Shown here: positions 56,455 to 64,000 of the stretch, piece after piece
Layout: each line of letters starts with the position of its first letter
Numbering within the stretch: the stretch's first letter is position 1
Assembly: GCA_046045965.1 (NCBI GenBank)
Contig: JBJOKS010000027.1
Coordinates: forward strand, 9,035 to 73,034
Source: Cyanobacteriota bacterium
GTDB taxonomy: Bacteria; Cyanobacteriota; Cyanobacteriia; Cyanobacteriales; Nostocaceae
Direction of reading: 5' to 3'
Length of the DNA stretch: 64,000 nt
Translations under genes and position numbers: made by a program
Notes under the pieces: model-generated
Database searches by the model: none
The model's input: only the letters and a program-made list of their open reading frames with translations
Told to the model about the DNA's origin: nothing

Positions 56455-57270
56455 TCACCTTGTACAAACATGAGTAGGATCATCTGCTCTTTCGGCAAAT
56501 TCTAACCCATTTGCTAAACGCCAAGCAAATATTTTTGGTAATCCTTTTTCGATAATTGCTGCACAGGTTTTTTGATAATCATAAGCAACTTCTCGTAATG
56601 TCACCTCTTGGGTTTCTTGATCATAAATTACATAAGTTGCATTCGGTCTACCATGTCGCGGTTCTCCCACTGAACCAACATTGATAATTCTCTTTACAGG
56701 AGATATAAAACTAATTTCCTGTGATTTTTCTTGACTATCACCATCAACCCGTACTTGTAAATTACCTGCGTCTAAAGTTCTCACATAGGGGACATGAGTA
56801 TGTCCACAAAACAGCACATCTGCACCTGTAGAAATAACTCTTTCTAAAGCCACAAAAGCATTGAGTTCGGGTAATAAATATTCATGATTACTATGAGGAC
56901 TACCATGCACAAAGGCTAAATTTCCCCATTGCATACTGTAGGGTAAATTGGCTAAAAAGTCGCGGTTTTCTGGATGAATTTCTTTATTAGTCCATTCATG
57001 AGCTTGGATTCCTCTTTTTTCTGCTAATAATGAGGGATAACTACAATCACAAGCATTCAAACCTTCTACTATATCTTCATCCCAACAACCGACACAGGTA
57101 GGAATATCTAAAGAGCGAATTTGACTAACAACAGCATTGGGATGGGGTCCATATCCCACTAAATCACCAACACAAAATATTTTTTCTGCCTTTTGCTGTT
57201 CAATATCTAATAATACAGCATCTAAGGCTTCATAATTACCATGAATACATGACATGACTGCTATTTTCAT
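56455..57270 (-). CDS. Metallophosphoesterase (calcineurin-like) with Cys substitutions
   Basis: SCIHGN, GDLVGYG, GCWDE, VHGSP, CGHTH, INVGSVGEPR. Confidence 0.9.
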   Translation of the reverse strand: MKIAVMSCIHGNYEALDAVLLDIEQQKAEKIFCVGDLVGYGPHPNAVVSQIRSLDIPTCVGCWDEDIVEGLNACDCSYPSLLAEKRGIQAHEWTNKEIHPENRDFLANLPYSMQWGNLAFVHGSPHSNHEYLLPELNAFVALERVISTGADVLFCGHTHVPYVRTLDAGNLQVRVDGDSQEKSQEISFISPVKRIINVGSVGEPRHGRPNATYVIYDQETQEVTLREVAYDYQKTCAAIIEKGLPKIFAWRLANGLEFAERADDPTHVCTR

Positions 57271-58049
57271 ACTGCTTGACCTTCTAATAAAATTTGTTGG
57301 ACTTGTTGTTGATATTGGGAAATTAAATAATCAGATAAACAACAATCTGATAATGTGGCTTTTAATGCTGGTTCATCTATGTTTTTACCTGATATTTCTA
57401 AACCACTAAAACGCTGTGGTCTACCTTCTAAATATCTGGGTAAATCTAATTCTAAAAATCCTGTTTGGGGTAAACCAGCGACAAAATCACAATATATGGA
57501 ACGTCCATCATTGACATCAAAAATACCTTTAGCGCGGATAACTTCACCATAAGCACCATGAGTTATTTCATACCAAAAATCTTCTAAACTATTTTCATCA
57601 ATAACTTGACCAGTTGTACAAACTCTCCAAATATTTTCTATTTTGATTGTTTCTACAGGTGCGCCATAGAAAATTTCTTCGGTCCATGTATGATATTCTG
57701 AATTTTGATAATTGGGTGGTAAAATAGCAACTGCACGATAATTGAGATTATCTAATATTTGTGATACTGTTGATAATTCTAGGTAAGAACCTAATTCTAT
57801 ATAAACATGATTTGCTTCTGGGATTTGATGAATAAATTCAATTTCTTGACCATCACCAAAAACTTTAATTCCTGGAAATTCAGCAGCTATACAACTATGA
57901 TCAATTAATACGTTTCCTGTTCCTGGATTGAAATAAATTAATTTCTCAAATTTTTCAGAAGATTTGATTTCTCTGATTTGTTGACGAATCCAGGTGGTTT
58001 TTCCAGTTCCAGATAATCCAGCTATAACGGTAATACTTGGTATATTCAT
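57267..58049 (-). CDS. Short COG0523/CobW-like P-loop protein
   Basis: GLSGTGKTT Walker A, CobW_C-type IRAKGIF; no CxCC motif. Confidence 0.75.
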   Translation of the reverse strand: MNIPSITVIAGLSGTGKTTWIRQQIREIKSSEKFEKLIYFNPGTGNVLIDHSCIAAEFPGIKVFGDGQEIEFIHQIPEANHVYIELGSYLELSTVSQILDNLNYRAVAILPPNYQNSEYHTWTEEIFYGAPVETIKIENIWRVCTTGQVIDENSLEDFWYEITHGAYGEVIRAKGIFDVNDGRSIYCDFVAGLPQTGFLELDLPRYLEGRPQRFSGLEISGKNIDEPALKATLSDCCLSDYLISQYQQQVQQILLEGQAV

Positions 58050-58079
58050 GAGCAATTAGAATTATAATTAGAATGATAA

Positions 58080-58439
58080 TTAAAATGATGACTGATGAGG
58101 AATAATTTCTACAGAATTAAAGAAACAACTTCTTGCACCAGTATGACAGGCAATATCGCCAATTTGCTCAATTTTTATCAGAATTGTGTCACCATCACAG
58201 TCATACAAAAGCTCTTTTACCTTTTGAATATGTCCAGAGGTCGCGCCTTTATGCCATAATTCGGAACGGGAACGACTCCAATAATGAGCTTCACCTGTGG
58301 CTAGGGTTTTTTGAATTGATTCTGCGTTCATCCAAGCCATCATTAATACAGTACCATCACGGTAATCTTGAGCGATCGCGGGAATTAAACCTTGGGAGTT
58401 AAATTTTAAGTTTCTAATCATTTCAGATGCGAGAATCAT
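58080..58439 (-). CDS. hisI: Phosphoribosyl-AMP cyclohydrolase (standalone)
   Basis: [45 protein letters not shown]. Confidence 0.93.
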   Translation of the reverse strand: MILASEMIRNLKFNSQGLIPAIAQDYRDGTVLMMAWMNAESIQKTLATGEAHYWSRSRSELWHKGATSGHIQKVKELLYDCDGDTILIKIEQIGDIACHTGARSCFFNSVEIIPHQSSF

Positions 58440-58483
58440 ATCTAATAAATCATGAATAAACTGATTAAGTAGTTAAGAGAAAA

Positions 58484-58560
58484 GTAGGTTGGGTTGACGC
58501 AGGGAAACCCAACATTATCAATGCTTTTGTTGGGTTGCGCTATCACTTAACCCAACCTAC
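58484..58560. repeat. GTAG-type REP doublet (GTAGGTTGGGTT...AACCCAACCTAC)
   Basis: Perfect 12-bp terminal inverted arms with internal hairpins. Confidence 0.85.
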
Positions 58561-58600
58561 GATTATCTCACTACTGTTACCTGTCACCTAACTCTAGACT

Positions 58601-59251
58601 CTAGTGAAAATTAGCATTGTGTCGAATCAAATTCATAAATTCTTCACGGGTGCGTGCATCTTCTGAAAATACACCACGCATTGCACTGGTGACAGTCCAA
58701 GAACCTGGTTTTTGCACACCACGCATCACCATACACATATGAGTTGCTTCTATAACAACTGCAACTCCTTTGGGTTTGAGTAAACCTTGCAGTGCATCAG
58801 CTATTTGTAAAGTCAGACGTTCTTGAACTTGCAAACGTCTTGCATACATTTCACAAATGCGGGCAATTTTTGATAAACCAATGACTTTACCATTAGGAAT
58901 GTAAGCGACATGAGCGCGGCCAATGACTGGTAAAATGTGATGTTCGCAAGAACTGAAAATGTCAATATCTCGCACTAACACCATTTCATCCGCACTTTCT
59001 GTAAACACTGCTCCATTTAACAATTCATCCAAGGATTCATGATATCCTTTGGTAAGAAATTGTAAGGCTTTAACAACTCTTTTAGGAGTATCTTTTAACC
59101 CTTCCCGGTCAGGATTTTCTCCTAGTCCAATCAGCAATGTTCTGACAGCTTGCATCATTTCTGCTTCTGTAACTGTGGGTTGTTGCTGAGTGGATAAAGA
59201 TGACACAACTTGATCAGCAGAATTGAAAACGGGACTAATTGATAAAGTCAT
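58601..59251 (-). CDS. folE: GTP cyclohydrolase I
   Basis: [44 protein letters not shown]. Confidence 0.96.
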   Translation of the reverse strand: MTLSISPVFNSADQVVSSLSTQQQPTVTEAEMMQAVRTLLIGLGENPDREGLKDTPKRVVKALQFLTKGYHESLDELLNGAVFTESADEMVLVRDIDIFSSCEHHILPVIGRAHVAYIPNGKVIGLSKIARICEMYARRLQVQERLTLQIADALQGLLKPKGVAVVIEATHMCMVMRGVQKPGSWTVTSAMRGVFSEDARTREEFMNLIRHNANFH

Positions 59252-59347
59252 TGTTTGCTTTGGATTTAATAAATTATTTGTTGGTTAATAGCTCATGCAA
59301 GATGAATCACTATTAACTGTTTTGGGCAATTACTTAACACTTCTTTA

Positions 59348-60394
59348 TCATAGCAAACAATTGTTAAGTTTTGTATAAATTTCGGTTTTATCCAAATTTC
59401 TGCCAATAAAAACTACCTGATTTTTAGGTGAAGTTTGCCATTCATCACCATTTAAACTGTAACGAGGTCCGCTCAGTTGAAAAATATGCCTTAACTCACT
59501 ATCACTAAACCATAAAATGCCTTTAGCTCTAAATACGTCTTGTGGCATTTCTTCAGTGAGAAACTCCTCAAATTTATGGACATCAAATGGTCTATCTGCT
59601 TGAAAAGATATGGATACAAAACCATCATTTTCTAAATGGTGGGAGTGATGATGATGTTCATGGTGTTCATGGTCATGGTGGTGATGTTCATGATCATGGT
59701 GTTCATGTTCGTGAGTATCTTCTACATCATCGGTAATATACTCATCTTTTGGTGTTAAGCCTACACCTAAAATTAATGGTAAGGGAACTTTACCAAATTG
59801 AGTATGTAAAATTCTCGCTCCGTTTTTTACATCATTGATAAAATCTTCTATTTCGTGCAGTTTATCAGAGTCCACCAGGTCTGTTTTATTCAGCAAAACA
59901 ATATCACCATAGGTAATTTGTTGTAACGCTGCTTCACTTTCAAAATGTCGTTGATCAAATGTCTCTGCATCTACGACGGTAATGATAGAATCTAGGTTGG
60001 TTAGATCTCTCAGTTCTGTTCCTAAAAAAGTCAAAATTATTGGTAAGGGGTCAGCTACTCCTGTGGTTTCAATAACTAAATAATCAATTCTTTCTTCTCT
60101 TTCTAAAACTCTATACACTGCATCAACTAAACCATCATTAATGGTGCAGCATATACAACCATTGCTGAGTTCTACCATATCTTGATCTACAGAAACTAGC
60201 AATTGGCTATCAATATTAATATCACCAAATTCATTAACGAGAACTGCCACTTTTAAATCTTGTTTATTCTGGAGAACTTGATTTAAAAGAGTAGTTTTAC
60301 CACTACCTAAAAATCCTGTAATGATAGTGACAGGCATTCCTGTTTTGGGAATAGCTGGAATTGTATTTACAGTTGATTCTGTTACAGTATTCAT
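59348..60394 (-). CDS. COG0523 (CobW/YciC/ZigA-type) G3E GTPase metallochaperone
   Basis: GFLGSGKTT, GCICC, ETTG, NKTD, His-rich linker, RAKG. Confidence 0.95.
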   Translation of the reverse strand: MNTVTESTVNTIPAIPKTGMPVTIITGFLGSGKTTLLNQVLQNKQDLKVAVLVNEFGDINIDSQLLVSVDQDMVELSNGCICCTINDGLVDAVYRVLEREERIDYLVIETTGVADPLPIILTFLGTELRDLTNLDSIITVVDAETFDQRHFESEAALQQITYGDIVLLNKTDLVDSDKLHEIEDFINDVKNGARILHTQFGKVPLPLILGVGLTPKDEYITDDVEDTHEHEHHDHEHHHHDHEHHEHHHHSHHLENDGFVSISFQADRPFDVHKFEEFLTEEMPQDVFRAKGILWFSDSELRHIFQLSGPRYSLNGDEWQTSPKNQVVFIGRNLDKTEIYTKLNNCLL

Positions 60395-60445
60395 ATTTAA
60401 ACCTTGTGAATTGAAAATGTTGATGTTTGAAATTAATCAAAAAAA

Positions 60446-62287
60446 TTAACCGCTTGTCAAATTTAAGCTGTTTTGTAAATACTTGACAAGTTCAGCTAAA
60501 TTCAAAACCCCTAAATCTCCCGATTTTCTACTTCTGACACTCAAAGTTTTGTTTTCTACTTCCTTCTTACCAACCACAGCAACAACAGGAATTTTTTCTA
60601 GTTCTGCTGTGCGAATCTGTTTACCTAAACGCTCCCCACTGCTATCTACTTCTACTCTAAATCCGCTTTTTTGTAAATCATTTGCTACGGATGTTGCATA
60701 TTCTCGACAATCATCACTTACAGGTAAAAGTCGCAGTTGTACAGGTGCTAACCATAGGGGAAAATCACCAGCATAATTCTCGATTAAAATGCCAAAAAAG
60801 CGTTCTAAAGAACCAAATATAGCCCGATGAATCATAATAGGTTGTTGACGACTACCATCGGATGCTATATATTCCATCTCGAATCTTTGGGGTAAATTAA
60901 AATCTACCTGAATTGTGGAACATTGCCATAAACGACCGATAGCATCTTTAATTTTAATGTCTATCTTCGGTCCATAAAAAGCTCCGCCTCCTTCATCTAT
61001 ACTATAATTCCAACCTTTAGCATTTAAAGCTTGTTCTAGTGCTGTGGTTGCTAATTCCCAAACGTCATCCTTGCCTACTGATTTATCTGGACGGGTGGAA
61101 AGATTGACTTCATATTGTTTAAAGCCAAAATCTGATAAAATTCGCTCGGTGAGGTTTAAAACTCCTAAAATTTCCTCAGCAATTTGTTCAGGTAAACAAA
61201 AGATATGGGCATCATCTTGAGTAAAGCCTCTGACTCGCATTAAACCATGTAATGCTCCAGAACGTTCATAGCGGTATACTGTTCCTAATTCTGCCCATCT
61301 TAATGGTAATTCTCGATAGGAATGGAGTTGATGTTTGTAAGTCAGTACATGAAAAGGGCAATTCATGGGCTTAATTTGATAAGCCTGATTTTCTACTTCC
61401 ATCGAGTCAAACATATTCTCTTGATAGAAATCAAAATGACCCGATGTTTTCCATAAATCGAGATTTGCTACATGAGGTGTATATAATAGTTGATAACCAG
61501 ATTCGAGGTGAGCTTTGCGCCAATAATCTTCTATAATGTAGCGAATAATTGCGCCTTTAGGATGCCAAAATACTAAGCCACCTCCTGCTTCTTCTTGAAT
61601 ACTAAATAAATTTAATTCTTGACCTAATTTTCGATGGTCTCGACGCAGTGCTTCTTCTCTTTGTTGTAGATAAGTTTCTAGTTCGGCTTTTGTTGTCCAA
61701 GCTGTTCCGTAAATTCTTTGTAGTTGCTGTTTTGTTTCATCCCCTTGCCAATAAGCACCGGCAACATTTAATAATTTAAAGGCATCAGCGTCAATTTCTC
61801 CGGTAAAGTTTATGTGGGGTCCTGCACACAAGTCCCACCAATAATTATTAGTTGGTTTAATATCTGTGACAAACAATGAAGGTTCGGAGTTACCAGTTTC
61901 AGGAGTACCAATAAAGTAACGGGTGATAATTTCTGATGAGGGAATGCGTTCTAAGATTTCTAATTTGTAAGGTTCATTTAATTCGGTAATTTCGGCACGA
62001 ATTTCTGCTCTTTCTACTTCTTCGCGGATAATGGGTAGATTAGCTTTTATTATCCGTTGCATTTCAACTTCAATTTTTGCCAAGTCATCGGTAGTGATGC
62101 TGACTGGACAATCAAAATCGTAATAAAATCCTGTTTCTGTGACAGGTCCAATTGCTACTTTAGTTCCTGGAAATAACTTTTGTACCGCCATTGCCATGAT
62201 ATGGGCGCTTGTATGGCGAATGCGTGTGAGTTTGTCGTCTTCTTGCTCGTTTAAGCTGTCTTGGGACTGGGTTAGTGAACTGACCAT
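60446..62287 (-). CDS. thrS: Threonine-tRNA ligase, Zur-regulated paralog type (ThrS2)
   Basis: RHTSAH, DLCAGPH, DHRKLG, KPMNCP, RVRGFTQDDAH, HRAIFGS; context hemB-oxidoreductase-thrS-COG0523-folE. Confidence 0.95.
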   Translation of the reverse strand: MVSSLTQSQDSLNEQEDDKLTRIRHTSAHIMAMAVQKLFPGTKVAIGPVTETGFYYDFDCPVSITTDDLAKIEVEMQRIIKANLPIIREEVERAEIRAEITELNEPYKLEILERIPSSEIITRYFIGTPETGNSEPSLFVTDIKPTNNYWWDLCAGPHINFTGEIDADAFKLLNVAGAYWQGDETKQQLQRIYGTAWTTKAELETYLQQREEALRRDHRKLGQELNLFSIQEEAGGGLVFWHPKGAIIRYIIEDYWRKAHLESGYQLLYTPHVANLDLWKTSGHFDFYQENMFDSMEVENQAYQIKPMNCPFHVLTYKHQLHSYRELPLRWAELGTVYRYERSGALHGLMRVRGFTQDDAHIFCLPEQIAEEILGVLNLTERILSDFGFKQYEVNLSTRPDKSVGKDDVWELATTALEQALNAKGWNYSIDEGGGAFYGPKIDIKIKDAIGRLWQCSTIQVDFNLPQRFEMEYIASDGSRQQPIMIHRAIFGSLERFFGILIENYAGDFPLWLAPVQLRLLPVSDDCREYATSVANDLQKSGFRVEVDSSGERLGKQIRTAELEKIPVVAVVGKKEVENKTLSVRSRKSGDLGVLNLAELVKYLQNSLNLTSG

Positions 62288-62297
62288 AGCAAAAAAA

Positions 62298-62312
62298 TGA
62301 GAATCGTTATCA
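62298..62312. promoter_or_regulatory. Zur-like box TGAGAATCGTTATCA about 10 bp upstream of thrS
   Basis: 7-1-7 match with two mismatches to TGATAATNATTATCA. Confidence 0.75.
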
Positions 62313-62361
62313 GTCTAGCGCAAAAAGGCCTGAATGTTACCAAGTTTGAAGTTTATTTTTT

Positions 62362-62478
62362 TTGGTGATTGGTGATTGGTGACTGGTGACTGGTGATTGG
62401 TGATTGGGTTATTAACTTCCCTTTCCTCCCCATCTCCCCACCTCCCCATCTCCCCATCTCCCCATCTCCCCACCTCCC
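62362..62478. repeat. STRR arrays (TGGTGAT/TGGTGAC heptamers; CCCCATCT octamers)
   Basis: Tandem units read directly. Confidence 0.9.
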
Positions 62479-62496
62479 TATCACCTCACATCCTTT

Positions 62497-63726
62497 TTAA
62501 CTGGCTTTAATTTCTGTAATACTAGGTGAAAAAGCTACACTGGGCTTAACTATAGCTGGAACAATTTTTTCACAGGCCATTCTTGCACCAGATAGGTTTC
62601 TAGCGGTGGGTCCTACTTGCAATGCTGCTAAACCACCCATGATAAAAAATTCACAACCAGGCCAACGCAGATGGGTGTCTAAAACTGGTAAACCGTTAAC
62701 TATTTGGGTGGGATAGGTGGCTAAAATATCCTGTAGTAAGGGTTCTGTAGTGACATCAAATTTAGTGCCTGTGGCTAACCAAATATAATCAAAGTTGTAA
62801 ATATTACCGTTATTACATTCTATCTGCCAGTTATTACTTAACCACTCGGCTTTGACTATTTGACAGTTTTCATCAATGATAATATTACCACGATGTTTTT
62901 CTTTACGGAGTTGGGTGGCTATTTCTGGTGTGATAGAACCACCATTTCTAGCTTCTTGAATAAGTGTCCAGCGTTGTTGCCAATTTTGCTCAAAAAATCC
63001 TTTCAGATATTTGGGTCCTAACCAACCGGGTGCAGCGTCAAATAGCTTTTCTGATAACTGTCTTCGCAGCATTAAATGGACTTTTGCACCACGGGAAATT
63101 GCACCTACAGCTAAATGTCCACTGGTTAAACCACCACCGACTATTAAAACTCTTTGACCTGCTAAACTGTGATATTTCCGTAAATCTACAGTCTGAGAAT
63201 GGCAAAGTCTATCTTCAGGATACTCTGTTTTAATTTGATTGACCCAATCAGGAATGTTGATTTTACCGCTACCTGTTGCCAACACTACCCGCCGTGCAGT
63301 TACAGTTTGTCCATCTGACAGCCCTAATTGAAATTGAGGGCGCAAATGATCTGAAAGGGGTTTAATACTGGTTACAGCTACAGGAATGACTTGATCCTGT
63401 AACTTTCGTTCAGTGATTACATCCTGGCAAAAATCCGCAAATAGGTTTGTGCCGGGTAAGTCGTAGGGGGGAAAGAGTTCCAGAGAACGAGATTCAGCAA
63501 ATTTCCTTAAAGCGAAGGGGTTGGGGTGGGGATGATGCACTGCGGGCGATCGCAAATGGGGAATTTCCAAAGCTGCAAATTGCTGTTTCCAGCGACTCAA
63601 CCATGAACCACTAGGATCAAATACAGCGAGTTTACTTTTGATAGATTGGCGTTTTTGCAAGAGATGGGCAACTAAAGTCAGTGCATGAGGTCCAGCACCA
63701 ATAATTGCTAAATCTATTTTCATCAT
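62497..63726 (-). CDS. FAD/NAD(P)-dependent oxidoreductase (flavin monooxygenase-like)
   Basis: IIGAGPH, HLRSP, VLATG, IVGGGLT, WLATG; ATG at 63726. Confidence 0.88.
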   Translation of the reverse strand: MMKIDLAIIGAGPHALTLVAHLLQKRQSIKSKLAVFDPSGSWLSRWKQQFAALEIPHLRSPAVHHPHPNPFALRKFAESRSLELFPPYDLPGTNLFADFCQDVITERKLQDQVIPVAVTSIKPLSDHLRPQFQLGLSDGQTVTARRVVLATGSGKINIPDWVNQIKTEYPEDRLCHSQTVDLRKYHSLAGQRVLIVGGGLTSGHLAVGAISRGAKVHLMLRRQLSEKLFDAAPGWLGPKYLKGFFEQNWQQRWTLIQEARNGGSITPEIATQLRKEKHRGNIIIDENCQIVKAEWLSNNWQIECNNGNIYNFDYIWLATGTKFDVTTEPLLQDILATYPTQIVNGLPVLDTHLRWPGCEFFIMGGLAALQVGPTARNLSGARMACEKIVPAIVKPSVAFSPSITEIKAS

Positions 63727-63766
63727 AGGGTGTGTGGGGTGATGGGGTGATGGGGAGAATGAATAA

Positions 63767-63850
63767 CAGGACTTACACGGAAGAATTAACCACGAAGGCG
63801 CAAAGGACACGAAGGTAAGAGGGTTTGAGAGATATTTTGCGTAAGTCCTA
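63767..63850. mobile_element. Short MITE-like element with AGGACTTAC(G/A)C terminal inverted repeats
   Basis: CAGGACTTACAC ... GCGTAAGTCCTA, with AATAA on both flanks. Confidence 0.6.
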
Positions 63851-63895
63851 AATAATTAACTGCCTCCTGCCTCCTGCCTTCTGCCTCCTGCCTCC

Positions 63896-64000
63896 TTAAA
63901 TCAACATCAAAGCTACTTCTTTGGCGAAGTAAGTTAAAATTAAATCTGCACCAGCGCGTTTCATGCTGGTTAAGGTTTCTAAAATTACCTTTTTCTCATC
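63896..64000 (-). CDS. hemB: Porphobilinogen synthase, C-terminal end (runs off the right edge)
   Basis: [34 protein letters not shown]. Confidence 0.9.
   Translation of the reverse strand, partial: DEKKVILETLTSMKRAGADLILTYFAKEVALMLI

Noticed and set aside
63727..63810. Extended N-terminus of the FAD oxidoreductase
   Set aside because: Runs through a MITE-like element and repeat-derived SPHHPTHP; the Rossmann motif starts right after ATG 63726

Overview
Chromosomal segment of a heterocyst-type filamentous cyanobacterium. Nostocales is inferred from psaC/psaX/chlB/ndhB/raf1, abundant HIP1 GCGATCGC octamers and heptameric STRR arrays. The left two-thirds is mostly core genes (topA, ndhB, lipA, psaX, larE, menG, raf1, rpmI-rplT, ycf37, chlB, glmS, psaC, fmt). 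Accessory inserts there are a copper amine oxidase, a fused methylase-BsuBI/PstI-type restriction gene, a rearranged toxin-antitoxin patch with a HerA half-gene, a decayed methylase and a secreted triple-repeat protein. The right ~14 kb (49.6-64 kb) is a consolidated zinc-starvation island with visible Zur-like boxes. It holds znuA/C/B, an actinobacterial-type SCO5389 gene, a WD40 protein, a nucleoside transporter, a COG0523-like protein plus two unusual metallophosphoesterases (one Cys-substituted, one with most metal ligands lost), a standalone hisI, folE, a His-rich COG0523, thrS2, an FAD oxidoreductase and hemB. No rRNA, tRNA or CRISPR array was seen. All family assignments are from motif recognition and memory; no database search was run.
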